A stretch of DNA of 61,323 bases, filler included. It is 5 parts of 5 records of this genome, joined end to end, with 100 filler letters (N's around TTAATTAATTAA, not from the genome) between each part and the next. Parts side by side here need not be neighbours in the genome. Positions count along the whole stretch, not along the records: positions 26,898 to 40,776 come from DRR723986_4028; 4 more parts are not named here. One strand, given 5' to 3'. The notes below the pieces were generated by a model that was not told where the DNA came from, ran no database searches, and was given only the letters and a program-made list of their open reading frames with translations. A program made the translations under genes and the position numbers. The stretch's first letter is position 1. The number at the start of each line of letters is the position of its first letter. Below are positions 29,705 through 39,600 of this stretch, one piece after another.

Positions 29705-30613
29705 TCATGCCACCTCCAATGTGGCCTTGGCCTGATCCAGGATGCGTTTGGCTTCTGATCCTTGCAGCTTGGCAATGTCATCCTGGTATTTGAGGATTGC
29801 GCCCAGCGTGTCGGCAATCACCTCGGGGCTAAGGCTGATCACATCGAGGGCCAGCAGGCATTTGGCCCAGTCGATGGTTTCGGCCACGCCGGGTTTCTTG
29901 AACAGATCCTCGGTGCGCAAGTGTTGAACAAAGGCGACAACCTCGCGGCTGAGCGCCTCTGATGCTTCGGGTGCACGGGCGGCAAGGATGTCCATCTCGC
30001 GGTCAAAGCCGGGGTAATCGACCCAGTGATAGAGGCAGCGCCGTTTCAGGGCGTCATGGACCTCGCGGGTGCGGTTTGAGGTCAGGATCACGATTGGCGG
30101 TTCGGGCGCCTTGATCGTGCCCAGTTCGGGGATTGTCACCTGAAAATCGCTGAGCGCTTCGAGCAGAAACGCCTCAAACGGGGCATCGGTGCGGTCCAGC
30201 TCATCAATCAGCAGCACGGGCGCGCCGTTTTCATCCGGGCGCATCGCCTCAAGCAGCGGGCGTTCGATCAGATAGTCATCGCTGAATAGCTGGGTGTTGA
30301 GCGCGGCGCTATCCGCACCGCCTGCTGCCTCGGCGGTGCGGATCGCGATCATCTGGGCTGGAAAGTTCCATTCATAGACCGCAGAGGAGGCATCGAGCCC
30401 TTCGTAGCACTGCAAGCGGATCAAGCGGCGGTTCAGGCCGGCGGCCAACGCCTTGGCGATCTCCGTCTTGCCAACGCCCGCCTCCCCTTCCAGAAACAGG
30501 GGCCGGCCCAGCGAGAGGCTGAGAAACACCACCGTGCCCAAAGCCCGGTCACTGATATAACCCTGATCGTCCAGCATTTTCTGGACAGCGTCGATACTGG
30601 ATATGTCTGGCAT
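29705..30613 (-). CDS. coxD: MoxR-family AAA+ ATPase, CoxD-like
   Basis: Walker A GEAGVGKT, RLQCYEGLD, Walker B LLIDELD and TREVHDALKRRC. Confidence 0.88.
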   Translation of the reverse strand: MPDISSIDAVQKMLDDQGYISDRALGTVVFLSLSLGRPLFLEGEAGVGKTEIAKALAAGLNRRLIRLQCYEGLDASSAVYEWNFPAQMIAIRTAEAAGGADSAALNTQLFSDDYLIERPLLEAMRPDENGAPVLLIDELDRTDAPFEAFLLEALSDFQVTIPELGTIKAPEPPIVILTSNRTREVHDALKRRCLYHWVDYPGFDREMDILAARAPEASEALSREVVAFVQHLRTEDLFKKPGVAETIDWAKCLLALDVISLSPEVIADTLGAILKYQDDIAKLQGSEAKRILDQAKATLEVA

Positions 30614-30838
30614 GGTGGCTTCCTTTGTTTCAAAGGTGCATCTTGGCGGCGCAGCGTCAAGCCGTGCTGGCGGATATGTCACGTCCTGCCCGCCTGCTGC
30701 TGCAAAGATTGACGCGATTCAGCCGCCCTGCCATACTCAGAGGCGAATAATATGAGGTTTCGGGGCATCTCGCACCCGGCCCAGAGGCGGCTATGAGACA
30801 GAATATCTACATCCCCAATGCGGGCGGTGCGGCCTGAT

Positions 30839-31882
30839 ATGCGCATCACCGCTGTGACCTGTGTCAAGAACGAAGGCCCGTTCCTGCTGGAGTGGATCGC
30901 CTTTCACCGCGTGATCGGCGTGACCGATTTTCTGTTTTATTCCAACGATTGCACCGATGCGACCGACCGTTTGCTGGACCGGCTGGAGGATCACGGCATG
31001 GTCGCGCATCTGCCCAATCCGGCGACCAACCGCAATTACCAGATGCAAGCGCTGAAAAAGGCGCGAAAGCATCCCTTGATCCGCAAGGCCGAATGGGTTT
31101 GGGTCGCGGATGTGGACGAATTTCTGAACATCCATGTGGGCGATCATACGATCCCCGCGCTGATCCATGCTTGCGGCAATCCACAAGCGATCTCGGTCAC
31201 GTTCCAATTCTTTGCCAATGATGGGGTGGAGACCTATGAGGATCAGCCGGTGATCACCCAGTTCCTGCGCAGTCATAATCCCGACATCTGGTGCGCGGAC
31301 ACGGCGATTGAGGTCAAAAGCCTAGTGCGCGGGGATTTCCCCTTGGACTATTATGGCGCGCACCGCCCCTTCCATGACGAGGACGTGCCAAAGGAAGAGC
31401 GCCCAAGCTGGACCGATGGTGCGGGCCGTCCGGTGCCCGGACCGTTCCGCCGCCGCGCCAACAAACGCCGCATCCGCGCCTTTCCCGCCCATGGCGCCCG
31501 GCGGTTTGCCACGTTGAACCATTACGCCCTGCGATCGCTCGACAGTTATCTGGTCAAGAACGACCGGGGCGATGTGAACCGCGAACACCGCGCCTTTGAC
31601 GACAGCTATTGGCGCGAGCGCAACGACGGGGCGTTCTTTGACGATAGCATTCTGCGCTACCAGGAGGCGCTGACCGCAGAGATGGACCGCCTCAAGGCCC
31701 TGCCCGGCATCGCCGATTTGCATGACGAGGCGGTCGCGCTGCACCGCGCCAAGCGGGACGAATTGCTGGCGCAAGACAGCTACCGCGCCATGCAAGAACA
31801 ATTGCGCAACGCCAGCAGGTTTTGCGCCGCCGAGGCCGCAATCCGGGCAGAAATTGGACTGGACGAAGAGGCACAGCCATGA
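30839..31882 (+). CDS. Glycosyltransferase family 2 (Glyco_tranf_2_4-like)
   Basis: CVKNEGPFLLEWIAFH, SNDCTD, DVDEF and LNHYA motifs. Confidence 0.88.
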   Translation: MRITAVTCVKNEGPFLLEWIAFHRVIGVTDFLFYSNDCTDATDRLLDRLEDHGMVAHLPNPATNRNYQMQALKKARKHPLIRKAEWVWVADVDEFLNIHVGDHTIPALIHACGNPQAISVTFQFFANDGVETYEDQPVITQFLRSHNPDIWCADTAIEVKSLVRGDFPLDYYGAHRPFHDEDVPKEERPSWTDGAGRPVPGPFRRRANKRRIRAFPAHGARRFATLNHYALRSLDSYLVKNDRGDVNREHRAFDDSYWRERNDGAFFDDSILRYQEALTAEMDRLKALPGIADLHDEAVALHRAKRDELLAQDSYRAMQEQLRNASRFCAAEAAIRAEIGLDEEAQP

Positions 31883-32514
31883 GCCGTCTGCGCATTGTCA
31901 ATCTGGCCCTGCCCAAAACCGGCACCACCACCCTGACCGAAGCCTTGCGGGCCGCTGGTTTGACGGTCGCGGATTGGAAAATCCGCCCCGGCCAATCCAC
32001 GCGCAGCGACATTCCGCGCCAGCACTTGGGCAAAATCATCTATTCCGATTATTTCGACAGCGGCGATCCCTTGGCGCGGCTGGATGAATTTGATGCCATC
32101 AACGAAATGTCGGCGGTCCGCGAGGATCGGTCTTTGTGGCCGCAAACCGATTGGGGGCTATTGAGCGCCATCCAGAGCCATCATCCCGGCGTCAAATTCG
32201 TACTCACCCGGCGCGATCCGGCCAAAGCGGCCAACAGCATGATGCGGTGGAACAATCTGGGCAAACGGCGGCTGCCGCAGGCTGATATTCCCGGCCTGCC
32301 GCGCGGCTTTGGCCAGAGCGAGGCGGAGCTTGCCCGCTGGATGGAGGGGCATTACGCCTTTTGCGATCGGGTCTTTCAGGGCTGCGAGAATTTCCATGCC
32401 TACGACATTGAAGATGACCAAGCGCCTGTAAATCTGGCCAGTTATCTGGGTATTGAACTGCCCTGGTGGGGACAGGCCAATGTGGGCAAAGTCAAAGCGG
32501 GAGAGGCAAACTGA
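31879..32514 (+). CDS. Sulfotransferase-family protein
   Basis: 5'-PSB loop LPKTGTTTL and KFVLTRRDP 3'-PB region; ATGA overlap with the upstream gene. Confidence 0.75.
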   Translation: MSRLRIVNLALPKTGTTTLTEALRAAGLTVADWKIRPGQSTRSDIPRQHLGKIIYSDYFDSGDPLARLDEFDAINEMSAVREDRSLWPQTDWGLLSAIQSHHPGVKFVLTRRDPAKAANSMMRWNNLGKRRLPQADIPGLPRGFGQSEAELARWMEGHYAFCDRVFQGCENFHAYDIEDDQAPVNLASYLGIELPWWGQANVGKVKAGEAN

Positions 32515-34871
32515 TGCGTCTGACACTGCTGATCGGGCCCAATGAGAAAGCCGCCGCGCGGTTCCGGGCGATGTTCAAACAAAAGGCCGCCGCGCTGGAA
32601 AAACAGGGCATTTGGGCGCCCGAGTGGAACCATGTAAGGCTCTATGCCGCCTGCGCCGAGACAGGTGACGTTACCTCGCTGCGCCACAAACGCGGAATGG
32701 ACAGCGCCTTGGTGCAACAGACCATGGCGCATGAATTTCAGAGCCTGTTTGAAAAAGAACTGCCCGACGCGCCCGCCGATCACGTGGTGTTCAGCGCGGC
32801 GCAACTGGGATCACTTTTGACGAACCCATTGGAAATCAAGCGGTTGCATGGGCTATTGGCCCCCTATTTCGACGATATCCAGATTGTGGCCCATGTTGAG
32901 GAACAAGCGCAGGCCTTGGCGGCACATTACATCACTGCCGTGCTGGATGGGCGGCGGCATTCGTTACAGCAAGAGCTGGAACTGGCGCAAAATACCGAAT
33001 GGTGGGCCGGTGCGTTGGCATTGCGCCAAGGGCCGGATGCCTTTGCCGGGCTGTTTGACGATGTGCAACACCCGCCCCATTGGCTGGACTATGCGGCGCT
33101 GTTTGATCATTGGGCGCAAGCCTTTGGCAAAGACAATGTGCGACTGCGCCCGCTTGATCTGGCGGCGCTCCGTTTGGAAAGCTGCACGGATGAACTGGTG
33201 GATATGCTCGGCCTTGGCTCAAACCTTGGCAAGATGTTGGAAGAACGGATGTTCCATCCTGAACCTGCGGCTTCACTCACCCGGATGCGACAATTTAACG
33301 ATGTGCTGATCCGCCATGCCCAAGCCAGGGATATCATTGTCCCGCGTGATCTGTGGCACCAGATGCGGATGAGCCTGCGTGTGCCCGGCCCGCCGACAGA
33401 TCCCGGCAGCCTCTTTGCGATCTCGGACCATTTTGCCAAAGACAATGCCAAATTGATCAAAGCATTTCCTGATCTGAAGGGCGGATTGACCCCCGATGCC
33501 CCCTCGGAGGCTTGGCAGGAGGCCGACCCAACAAACGGATATCGCGCCACACAATACCTCGCCGCCTACGCCCATCAGATCCGCAAGAACAGCACCCCGG
33601 TCGCCGAAAAACGCGCCGAGGCGGCGGCGGCAAAGGAGGCCACTGCAAAGTTCGACACGCTTTTGTCCGATGACACCGCTGACGCAGATCAACAGGCCAG
33701 CAACGCGCGTCTGCTCAATCGGGTCAAGCTGAACCACGAGATGATCCTGAACACCCAGTTCAAACCGCACAACAACCTTGGCGCGGTCAACGAGGAAGAG
33801 CTGGCCGCCGCCTATCCCCTCGCCCCGCCGCGCAAACTGGCCCCCGGCATCAGTGGCAATGTCATCGTCGGCTGCATGAAGAACGAAGCGCCCTATATTG
33901 TGGAATGGATCGCCTATCACCGCGCCATCGGGGTCGATAACTTCTTGATCTACACCAATGATTGCAGCGATGGCACGGATGAGGTTCTGGGCCGCTTGCA
34001 GGATATGGGCGTGATCCAGCACCGCAACAACGACAATTGGAAGGGCAATTCCCCGCAGCAATACGCGCTGAACCAAGCCCTGAAAGAGCCCATCATCCAA
34101 AACGCCGATTGGATCATCCACATCGACGTGGACGAGTTTATGAACGTGCGCACCGGCAACGGGACTTTGGATGATCTGTTTGCCGCTGTGCCCGATGCCA
34201 CCAACATCGCGATGACATGGCGGCTGTTCGGGCACAACGGGATCACTCAGTTGAACGATGATTTTGTGATTGATCAGTTTGACGCCTGCGCGCCGAAATA
34301 CTGCCCCAAGCCGCATACGGTCTGGGGGTTTAAGACGATGTTCCGCAACATCGGGGCCTATGCCAAAATTTCCTGCCACCGTCCCAACAAACTGGACGAA
34401 GGGTTTGAAAACAAAATCAAATGGGTAAACGGCTCCGGTCAGGATATGACCCGCGACGCCGCGCATAACGGCTGGCGGTCCTCAAAGAACAACATCGGCT
34501 ACGACCTTTTGCAGCTGAACCATTATGCGCTGCGCTCTGCCGAGAGTTTCCTGATCAAACGGCAAAGAGGACGCGCGTTGCATGTGGATCGCTCGATCGG
34601 CATCAACTACTGGATTCGGATGGACTGGTCCGATTTCCGCGACATCACCATCAAACGCAACATTCCCCGTGTCCGCGCCGAATATGATGATTTGATGCGG
34701 GACGACATACTGCGCCAAGCCCACCAGGACGGTTTCGAATGGCACAAGGCCAAGGCAAGGGAATTGCACCAAATGCCGGAGTTTCAGGATCTTTACCGCC
34801 AGGCGCTTGAGGTCAAGCTGAACGAAACCGAACGGGTGGCCTATGCCCTTTCGCTGGATATGGAGAGTTGA
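32514..34871 (+). CDS. Two-domain protein: degenerate sulfotransferase-like N-terminus fused to a GT2 (Glyco_tranf_2_4-like) domain
   Basis: C-terminal CMKNEAPYIVEWIAYH, TNDCSDGT, DVDEF and LNHYA; N-terminal LDYAALFDHWAQAFGKDNV resembles sulfotransferase folds. Confidence 0.8.
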   Translation: MRLTLLIGPNEKAAARFRAMFKQKAAALEKQGIWAPEWNHVRLYAACAETGDVTSLRHKRGMDSALVQQTMAHEFQSLFEKELPDAPADHVVFSAAQLGSLLTNPLEIKRLHGLLAPYFDDIQIVAHVEEQAQALAAHYITAVLDGRRHSLQQELELAQNTEWWAGALALRQGPDAFAGLFDDVQHPPHWLDYAALFDHWAQAFGKDNVRLRPLDLAALRLESCTDELVDMLGLGSNLGKMLEERMFHPEPAASLTRMRQFNDVLIRHAQARDIIVPRDLWHQMRMSLRVPGPPTDPGSLFAISDHFAKDNAKLIKAFPDLKGGLTPDAPSEAWQEADPTNGYRATQYLAAYAHQIRKNSTPVAEKRAEAAAAKEATAKFDTLLSDDTADADQQASNARLLNRVKLNHEMILNTQFKPHNNLGAVNEEELAAAYPLAPPRKLAPGISGNVIVGCMKNEAPYIVEWIAYHRAIGVDNFLIYTNDCSDGTDEVLGRLQDMGVIQHRNNDNWKGNSPQQYALNQALKEPIIQNADWIIHIDVDEFMNVRTGNGTLDDLFAAVPDATNIAMTWRLFGHNGITQLNDDFVIDQFDACAPKYCPKPHTVWGFKTMFRNIGAYAKISCHRPNKLDEGFENKIKWVNGSGQDMTRDAAHNGWRSSKNNIGYDLLQLNHYALRSAESFLIKRQRGRALHVDRSIGINYWIRMDWSDFRDITIKRNIPRVRAEYDDLMRDDILRQAHQDGFEWHKAKARELHQMPEFQDLYRQALEVKLNETERVAYALSLDMES

Positions 34872-34873
34872 GC

Positions 34874-35566
34874 ATGGGCGGACAAGACGCTGAAAAAACA
34901 GGGTTTATCCGGTCTCGCGGGATGAAGTTCCCGAAACACCCCGAGATCATGCAAGGCAAAATCCGCCGATTGTTGCGGTCCAATTCCTATGAGGCCAAAG
35001 AAACCGAAGCCGCCCTGCGCGTGGTCCGCGAGGGCGATGTGGTGGTCGAATTGGGGGGCGGTATCGGCTATATGTCCACGTTGGTGGCCACCAAACGCGC
35101 GATCAAATCGGTGCATGTGTTTGAGGCCAATCCAAACCTGATCCCCTATATCCGGTCTGTCCACGGCGCCAATGACGTGACCAACGCCCATGTGACCAAT
35201 GCCATCCTTGGTCCGCGCAAGGGATCGGTGGATTTTTATGTGCGCGAGCCGATGCTGGGCTCGTCCATGCAGGTGTTGGAGGGCGAGGTTGACCCGCCCT
35301 CGGTCAAGGTGGACGTGCTCAATGCCAAAGCGACGTTCAAAGAGATCGGCGCAACCGTCCTGATCTGCGATATCGAGGGGGCCGAGGTCGATCTGATCCC
35401 GCAATTGGATCTGACCGGTCTCAGGGCCGCGATCATCGAAACCCATCCACAGTGGATCGGCCCAGAGGGCATCAACAAGGTCTTCCGCGCCTTTATGGAT
35501 GCCGGTCTGGCCTATTACCATCGCGGCTCGCATGGCAAGGTTCTGGCCTTTCGGACGGATTGGTAA
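34874..35566 (+). CDS. FkbM-family SAM-dependent methyltransferase
   Basis: VVELGGGIG, FEANP and CDIEGAE motifs. Confidence 0.9.
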   Translation: MGGQDAEKTGFIRSRGMKFPKHPEIMQGKIRRLLRSNSYEAKETEAALRVVREGDVVVELGGGIGYMSTLVATKRAIKSVHVFEANPNLIPYIRSVHGANDVTNAHVTNAILGPRKGSVDFYVREPMLGSSMQVLEGEVDPPSVKVDVLNAKATFKEIGATVLICDIEGAEVDLIPQLDLTGLRAAIIETHPQWIGPEGINKVFRAFMDAGLAYYHRGSHGKVLAFRTDW

Positions 35567-36610
35567 GTGACCCACCTCGCCATCCTCTGCGTCAAGAACG
35601 AAGGCGCGTTTCTGCTGGAATGGCTGGCCCATCACCGTGCCTGTGGGTTTGACGATTTTATTGTCTTTTCAAATGACTGCAGCGATGGCACCGATCAAAT
35701 TCTGGACCGGTTGCAAGACATTGGCTGGCTGACCCATCACCGCAATGATGGCCCCTACGACAGTGGCGGCATTCAGTTTACCGCGCTCAAACAAGCGTCC
35801 AAGCTGGATGCGGTCAAGCGGGCCGAGTGGATTTTGGCGCTGGACGTGGACGAATTTGTGAACATTCACTGCGGCGATCACACGTTGGCCGCGCTGCACA
35901 CCGCCCTGCCCGAGGCAACGGCGATCACGCTGACATGGCGGCTGTTTGGCAATGGCGGCATTGCCCGCTACGCAGATGTGCCCGTGACAGAGACCTTCAC
36001 CCGGTGCGCCCCCAAGGTCATGCCTTGGTCCTGGCGGGCGGCGATGTTCAAAACGCTTTATCGCAATGATGGCATCTACCGCAAACCCGGCGTGCATCGG
36101 CCCCGTGACCCCGACAAAACCCGCCTGAACGAGGCGCGTTGGTTTGACGGGCGCGGTGAGGCGTTGGATGACAGCTTTCGCACCAAGGGGATCTTTTCCG
36201 ACTTCCGGCAGGACAACACGCCTCTGGTACAGTTGAACCATTACCCCCTTGGCGCGATGGAAAGCTATATTCTCAAGGCTGATCGTGGCCGCGCCGTGCA
36301 TGCCGATGACCATTTGGGCATGGATTATTGGGTCGAACGGAACTTCAACAGCGAGACCGACACCTCCATCTCCGCATCGGCGCCCCGGCGCGACGCTTTG
36401 CTGGCTGAATTGCACGCCGATCCCCTGCTGGGACCGCTGCACCAACAGGCGGTGCAATGGCGCAAAGACCGCTTTGATACGCTGATGCTGGAAGAGCCGA
36501 ACCGCGCCCTTTTTGGCCGTTTGGCGATGACGCCAGCCTCTGAACCGGTCTCTTCTAAAACCGCCAATTTCCTAATGTCTTATGGACGAAGGGCGCAAAA
36601 CCGCCACTAA
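35567..36610 (+). CDS. Glycosyltransferase family 2 (Glyco_tranf_2_4-like)
   Basis: CVKNEGAFLLEWLAHH, SNDCSDGT, DVDEF and LNHY motifs; GTG start abuts the previous stop. Confidence 0.88.
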   Translation: MTHLAILCVKNEGAFLLEWLAHHRACGFDDFIVFSNDCSDGTDQILDRLQDIGWLTHHRNDGPYDSGGIQFTALKQASKLDAVKRAEWILALDVDEFVNIHCGDHTLAALHTALPEATAITLTWRLFGNGGIARYADVPVTETFTRCAPKVMPWSWRAAMFKTLYRNDGIYRKPGVHRPRDPDKTRLNEARWFDGRGEALDDSFRTKGIFSDFRQDNTPLVQLNHYPLGAMESYILKADRGRAVHADDHLGMDYWVERNFNSETDTSISASAPRRDALLAELHADPLLGPLHQQAVQWRKDRFDTLMLEEPNRALFGRLAMTPASEPVSSKTANFLMSYGRRAQNRH

Positions 36611-36712
36611 ACCTCACTGTTTTCACACGCATTTTCCGCAATTTCGCCGCATTGAGCCGGTACATCCTCATACAAATGCGCACAAAATAAGCGCGGATAT
36701 GCTATTGAGGAC

Positions 36713-37666
36713 GTGGCAATGACAAACGAGACGCCCACACTTCAGACGTCACTGGTTGACCTGCCCCGGCGGGACTGGCTGGGTGCAATCGAAAGCATTT
36801 GTGAAAACGAAGGTTTCTACGAACCTTTGGGCCGGCGCCACTTTGCCGCTTATGTGGAAAAGGGCGATACTCTGGTGGTGTCATTCGAGACCATTCAAGG
36901 CATTCATGCGCTGTCTGACTATGGCCAACCTCTGGCCTGGGACATGGCGCGCAATCACAATTGGTCCAGCCTCAGCATCATCAGCCACGGCGACACATGG
37001 TTTCGCGACGACAAGGTTTATGGGTTCTTTGACCGGCTGATCGACGAAGGCGTGTTTGACGAGTTTGAGACCATCCTGTTTTACGGCGCTGGCCCCTGCG
37101 GTTATGCCGCTGCGGCCTTTTCGGTGGCGGCCCCCGGTGCCCGCGTGATCGCGATCCAGCCGCAAGCCACGCTGGACCCGCGGGTGACCGAATGGGACAA
37201 CCGCTTTGCCGAGATGCGGATCACTGATTTCACATCGCGCTATGGCTATGCGCCCGATATGTTGGATGCGGCCGAACAGGCCTATGTGATGTATGACCCG
37301 CGCGAACAGCTTGATGCGGTTCATGCCGCCCTCTTCACCCGCCCCAATGTGCGCAAACTGCGGATGCCCCATATGGGCGGCGCATTGCAGACAGATCTGC
37401 TGGAGATGGAACAATGGGAGGCACTGCTGTGCGCCGCAGCGGACGACCGGCTGACCGTGCGCCGCTTTGCCAAGATGTACCGCGCCCGCCGCGACTATCG
37501 GCCATATCTGCGCAATCTGATGAAACACCTCGAAGCCGAGGAACGCATTCCGATGCTTCTGGCGCTGTGCCGCAATGTAACAGGCCGTATGAACGCCCGC
37601 AAATTCGCCAACAAGCTGCGCGAATATGACGATGAACCCGTGCAGAAAGCCGCAGAACAAGGCTAG
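36713..37666 (+). CDS. Hypothetical protein with alpha/beta-hydrolase-like elbow
   Basis: LVVSFE, TWFR, LFYGAGPCGYAA and AIQPQATL; no recognisable catalytic Ser. Confidence 0.7.
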   Translation: MAMTNETPTLQTSLVDLPRRDWLGAIESICENEGFYEPLGRRHFAAYVEKGDTLVVSFETIQGIHALSDYGQPLAWDMARNHNWSSLSIISHGDTWFRDDKVYGFFDRLIDEGVFDEFETILFYGAGPCGYAAAAFSVAAPGARVIAIQPQATLDPRVTEWDNRFAEMRITDFTSRYGYAPDMLDAAEQAYVMYDPREQLDAVHAALFTRPNVRKLRMPHMGGALQTDLLEMEQWEALLCAAADDRLTVRRFAKMYRARRDYRPYLRNLMKHLEAEERIPMLLALCRNVTGRMNARKFANKLREYDDEPVQKAAEQG

Positions 37667-37699
37667 CCCCGCCAAACGCTCTGTGCTAGCCGAAGCGCC

Positions 37700-38734
37700 A
37701 TGACTCAGAGCCTGACACTCCGCCGCCCCGATGACTGGCACCTGCACCTGCGCGATGGCGATATGCTGCGCGCCGTGCTGCCCCATACCGCCAATCACTT
37801 TGCCCGCGCCATCATCATGCCCAATCTGGTGCCGCCGGTTGTGACCGGTGCCGATGCCGCCGCTTACCGCGAGCGCATCATGGCCGCATTGCCCGAAGGC
37901 AGCGGTTTTGAGCCCTTGATGACGCTCTACCTGACCGAAGATACAGATCCCGAAGATCTGGCCGCCGCCCATGCCAGCGGTCTGGTCAAAGCTGTGAAAC
38001 TCTACCCCGCCGGGGCAACAACCAATTCCGCCAGCGGTGTCAGTGACTTTAGCAAGGTTGCGAAAGTCTTTGAAAAAATGGCTGAAATCGGTCTGCCGCT
38101 TTGCACCCATGGCGAAGTGACCAACAGCGACGTGGACATTTTTGACCGCGAGGCCGTGTTCATCGACCGGGTTCTGGACCCGATCCGCAAGGATCATCCG
38201 GCGCTGCGCGTCATCATGGAACATATCACCACCAAAGACGCCGCTGATTATGTGCGCAGCGCCGATCAGAACCTTGCGGCAACCATCACCACGCACCATC
38301 TGGTGATCAACCGCAATCATATCCTCGCCGGGGGTATCAAACCGCATTACTATTGCCTGCCCGTGGCCAAACGCGAAACCCACCGCCTTGCCCTGCGGGC
38401 CGCCGCCACATCCGGCGATTCACGGTTTTTCCTTGGCACCGACAGCGCCCCGCACACCGACGCCAACAAACTGCTGCCCTGCGGCTGCGCGGGCTGTTTC
38501 ACAGCGCCCAATACCATGTCGATCCTCGCCGAAGTGTTTGAACAAGAAGGCAAACTTGACCAGTTGGAGGCATTTGCATCGCTGAACGGGCCTTCCTACT
38601 ACGGCCTACCCGCGAACGAGGACCAGATCACCCTGATCCGCGAGACCCCCAGCTTTCCGGCGCATATTGATACGCCCGATGGCCCTGTGACCGTCTTTGA
38701 TCCTGATATGCCATTGCACTGGCGTGTCGCCTAA
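37700..38734 (+). CDS. pyrC: Dihydroorotase
   Basis: [31 protein letters not shown] and FLGTDSAPH motifs. Confidence 0.97.
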   Translation: MTQSLTLRRPDDWHLHLRDGDMLRAVLPHTANHFARAIIMPNLVPPVVTGADAAAYRERIMAALPEGSGFEPLMTLYLTEDTDPEDLAAAHASGLVKAVKLYPAGATTNSASGVSDFSKVAKVFEKMAEIGLPLCTHGEVTNSDVDIFDREAVFIDRVLDPIRKDHPALRVIMEHITTKDAADYVRSADQNLAATITTHHLVINRNHILAGGIKPHYYCLPVAKRETHRLALRAAATSGDSRFFLGTDSAPHTDANKLLPCGCAGCFTAPNTMSILAEVFEQEGKLDQLEAFASLNGPSYYGLPANEDQITLIRETPSFPAHIDTPDGPVTVFDPDMPLHWRVA

Positions 38735-38770
38735 CCTTCAATTCCAGCCTGCCACCAAAGGACCGCCTGT

Positions 38771-39448
38771 ATGATCCCGTCCAGCTACCCCACTGCCGAA
38801 GAAATGGCCCGTCTCACCGCCCGGATGCTGCTTGAGATCAAGGCGGTGCATTTCAACGCGGATGAGCCGTTTACGCTGGCCTCCGGCCTGCCAAGCCCGA
38901 CCTACATTGATTGCCGCAAATTGATCAGCTACCCGCGCATTCGCAGCACTTTGATGGATTTTCTGACCGTCACCGTGGTGCGCAACGCAGGCTTTGAGGC
39001 GTTTGACAACATCGCAGGCGGCGAAACCGCAGGTATTCCCTTTGCCGCCATGGTTGCCGAACGCATGGCGCTGCCGATGACCTATGTCCGCAAAAAGCCA
39101 AAGGGATATGGCCGCAATGCCCGCATCGAAGGCGCAATGAGCGAAGGTGAACGTGTGCTGCTGGTCGAGGATTTGACCACCGACGGCGGATCAAAGCTGA
39201 GCTTTGTCGATGCCATCCGCGAAACCGGCGCGACCTGCGCGCATACGGCGGTGATCTTCTACTACGGAATTTTCCCGCAGACCGAAAAGACCCTTGGCGA
39301 TCACGGTGTTGCCCTGCACAGCCTGTGCACATGGTGGGATGTTCTGGCCGAAGCCAAGGCGCAGGGCGCGTTTGACAAAAGCACCCTGTCCGAAGTTGAG
39401 GCGTTTTTGAACGCGCCAAAAGAATGGCAGGACGCCCGAAAAGGCTGA
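38771..39448 (+). CDS. pyrE: Orotate phosphoribosyltransferase
   Basis: [21 protein letters not shown] and PRPP motif [11 protein letters not shown]. Confidence 0.96.
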   Translation: MIPSSYPTAEEMARLTARMLLEIKAVHFNADEPFTLASGLPSPTYIDCRKLISYPRIRSTLMDFLTVTVVRNAGFEAFDNIAGGETAGIPFAAMVAERMALPMTYVRKKPKGYGRNARIEGAMSEGERVLLVEDLTTDGGSKLSFVDAIRETGATCAHTAVIFYYGIFPQTEKTLGDHGVALHSLCTWWDVLAEAKAQGAFDKSTLSEVEAFLNAPKEWQDARKG

Positions 39449-39513
39449 CCACGACGAACCACAATATGTTGACGCCGCTTGCCTTTTCGGGGCAAGATGA
39501 GGTGTGCGCAGAG

Positions 39514-39533
39514 CCATCCACAACTTATCCACA
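39514..39533 (+). promoter_or_regulatory. DnaA boxes upstream of dnaB
   Basis: Perfect TTATCCACA at 39525-39533, preceded by degenerate CCATCCACA at 39514-39522. Confidence 0.65.
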
Positions 39534-39600
39534 TAAACATACAATTTGCGCCAATCCGCACCTCTGTCTATGACAGAAGCGGGACAGACAGGGTGAGATA

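Noticed and set aside
28025-38383. Long antisense ORFs (28025-29287, 33273-34466, 36881-38383)
   Set aside because: They lie opposite well-supported genes and are typical antisense shadows.
39449-39600. Replication origin
   Set aside because: Only two DnaA boxes in a 150-bp spacer and no extended AT-rich unwinding element.
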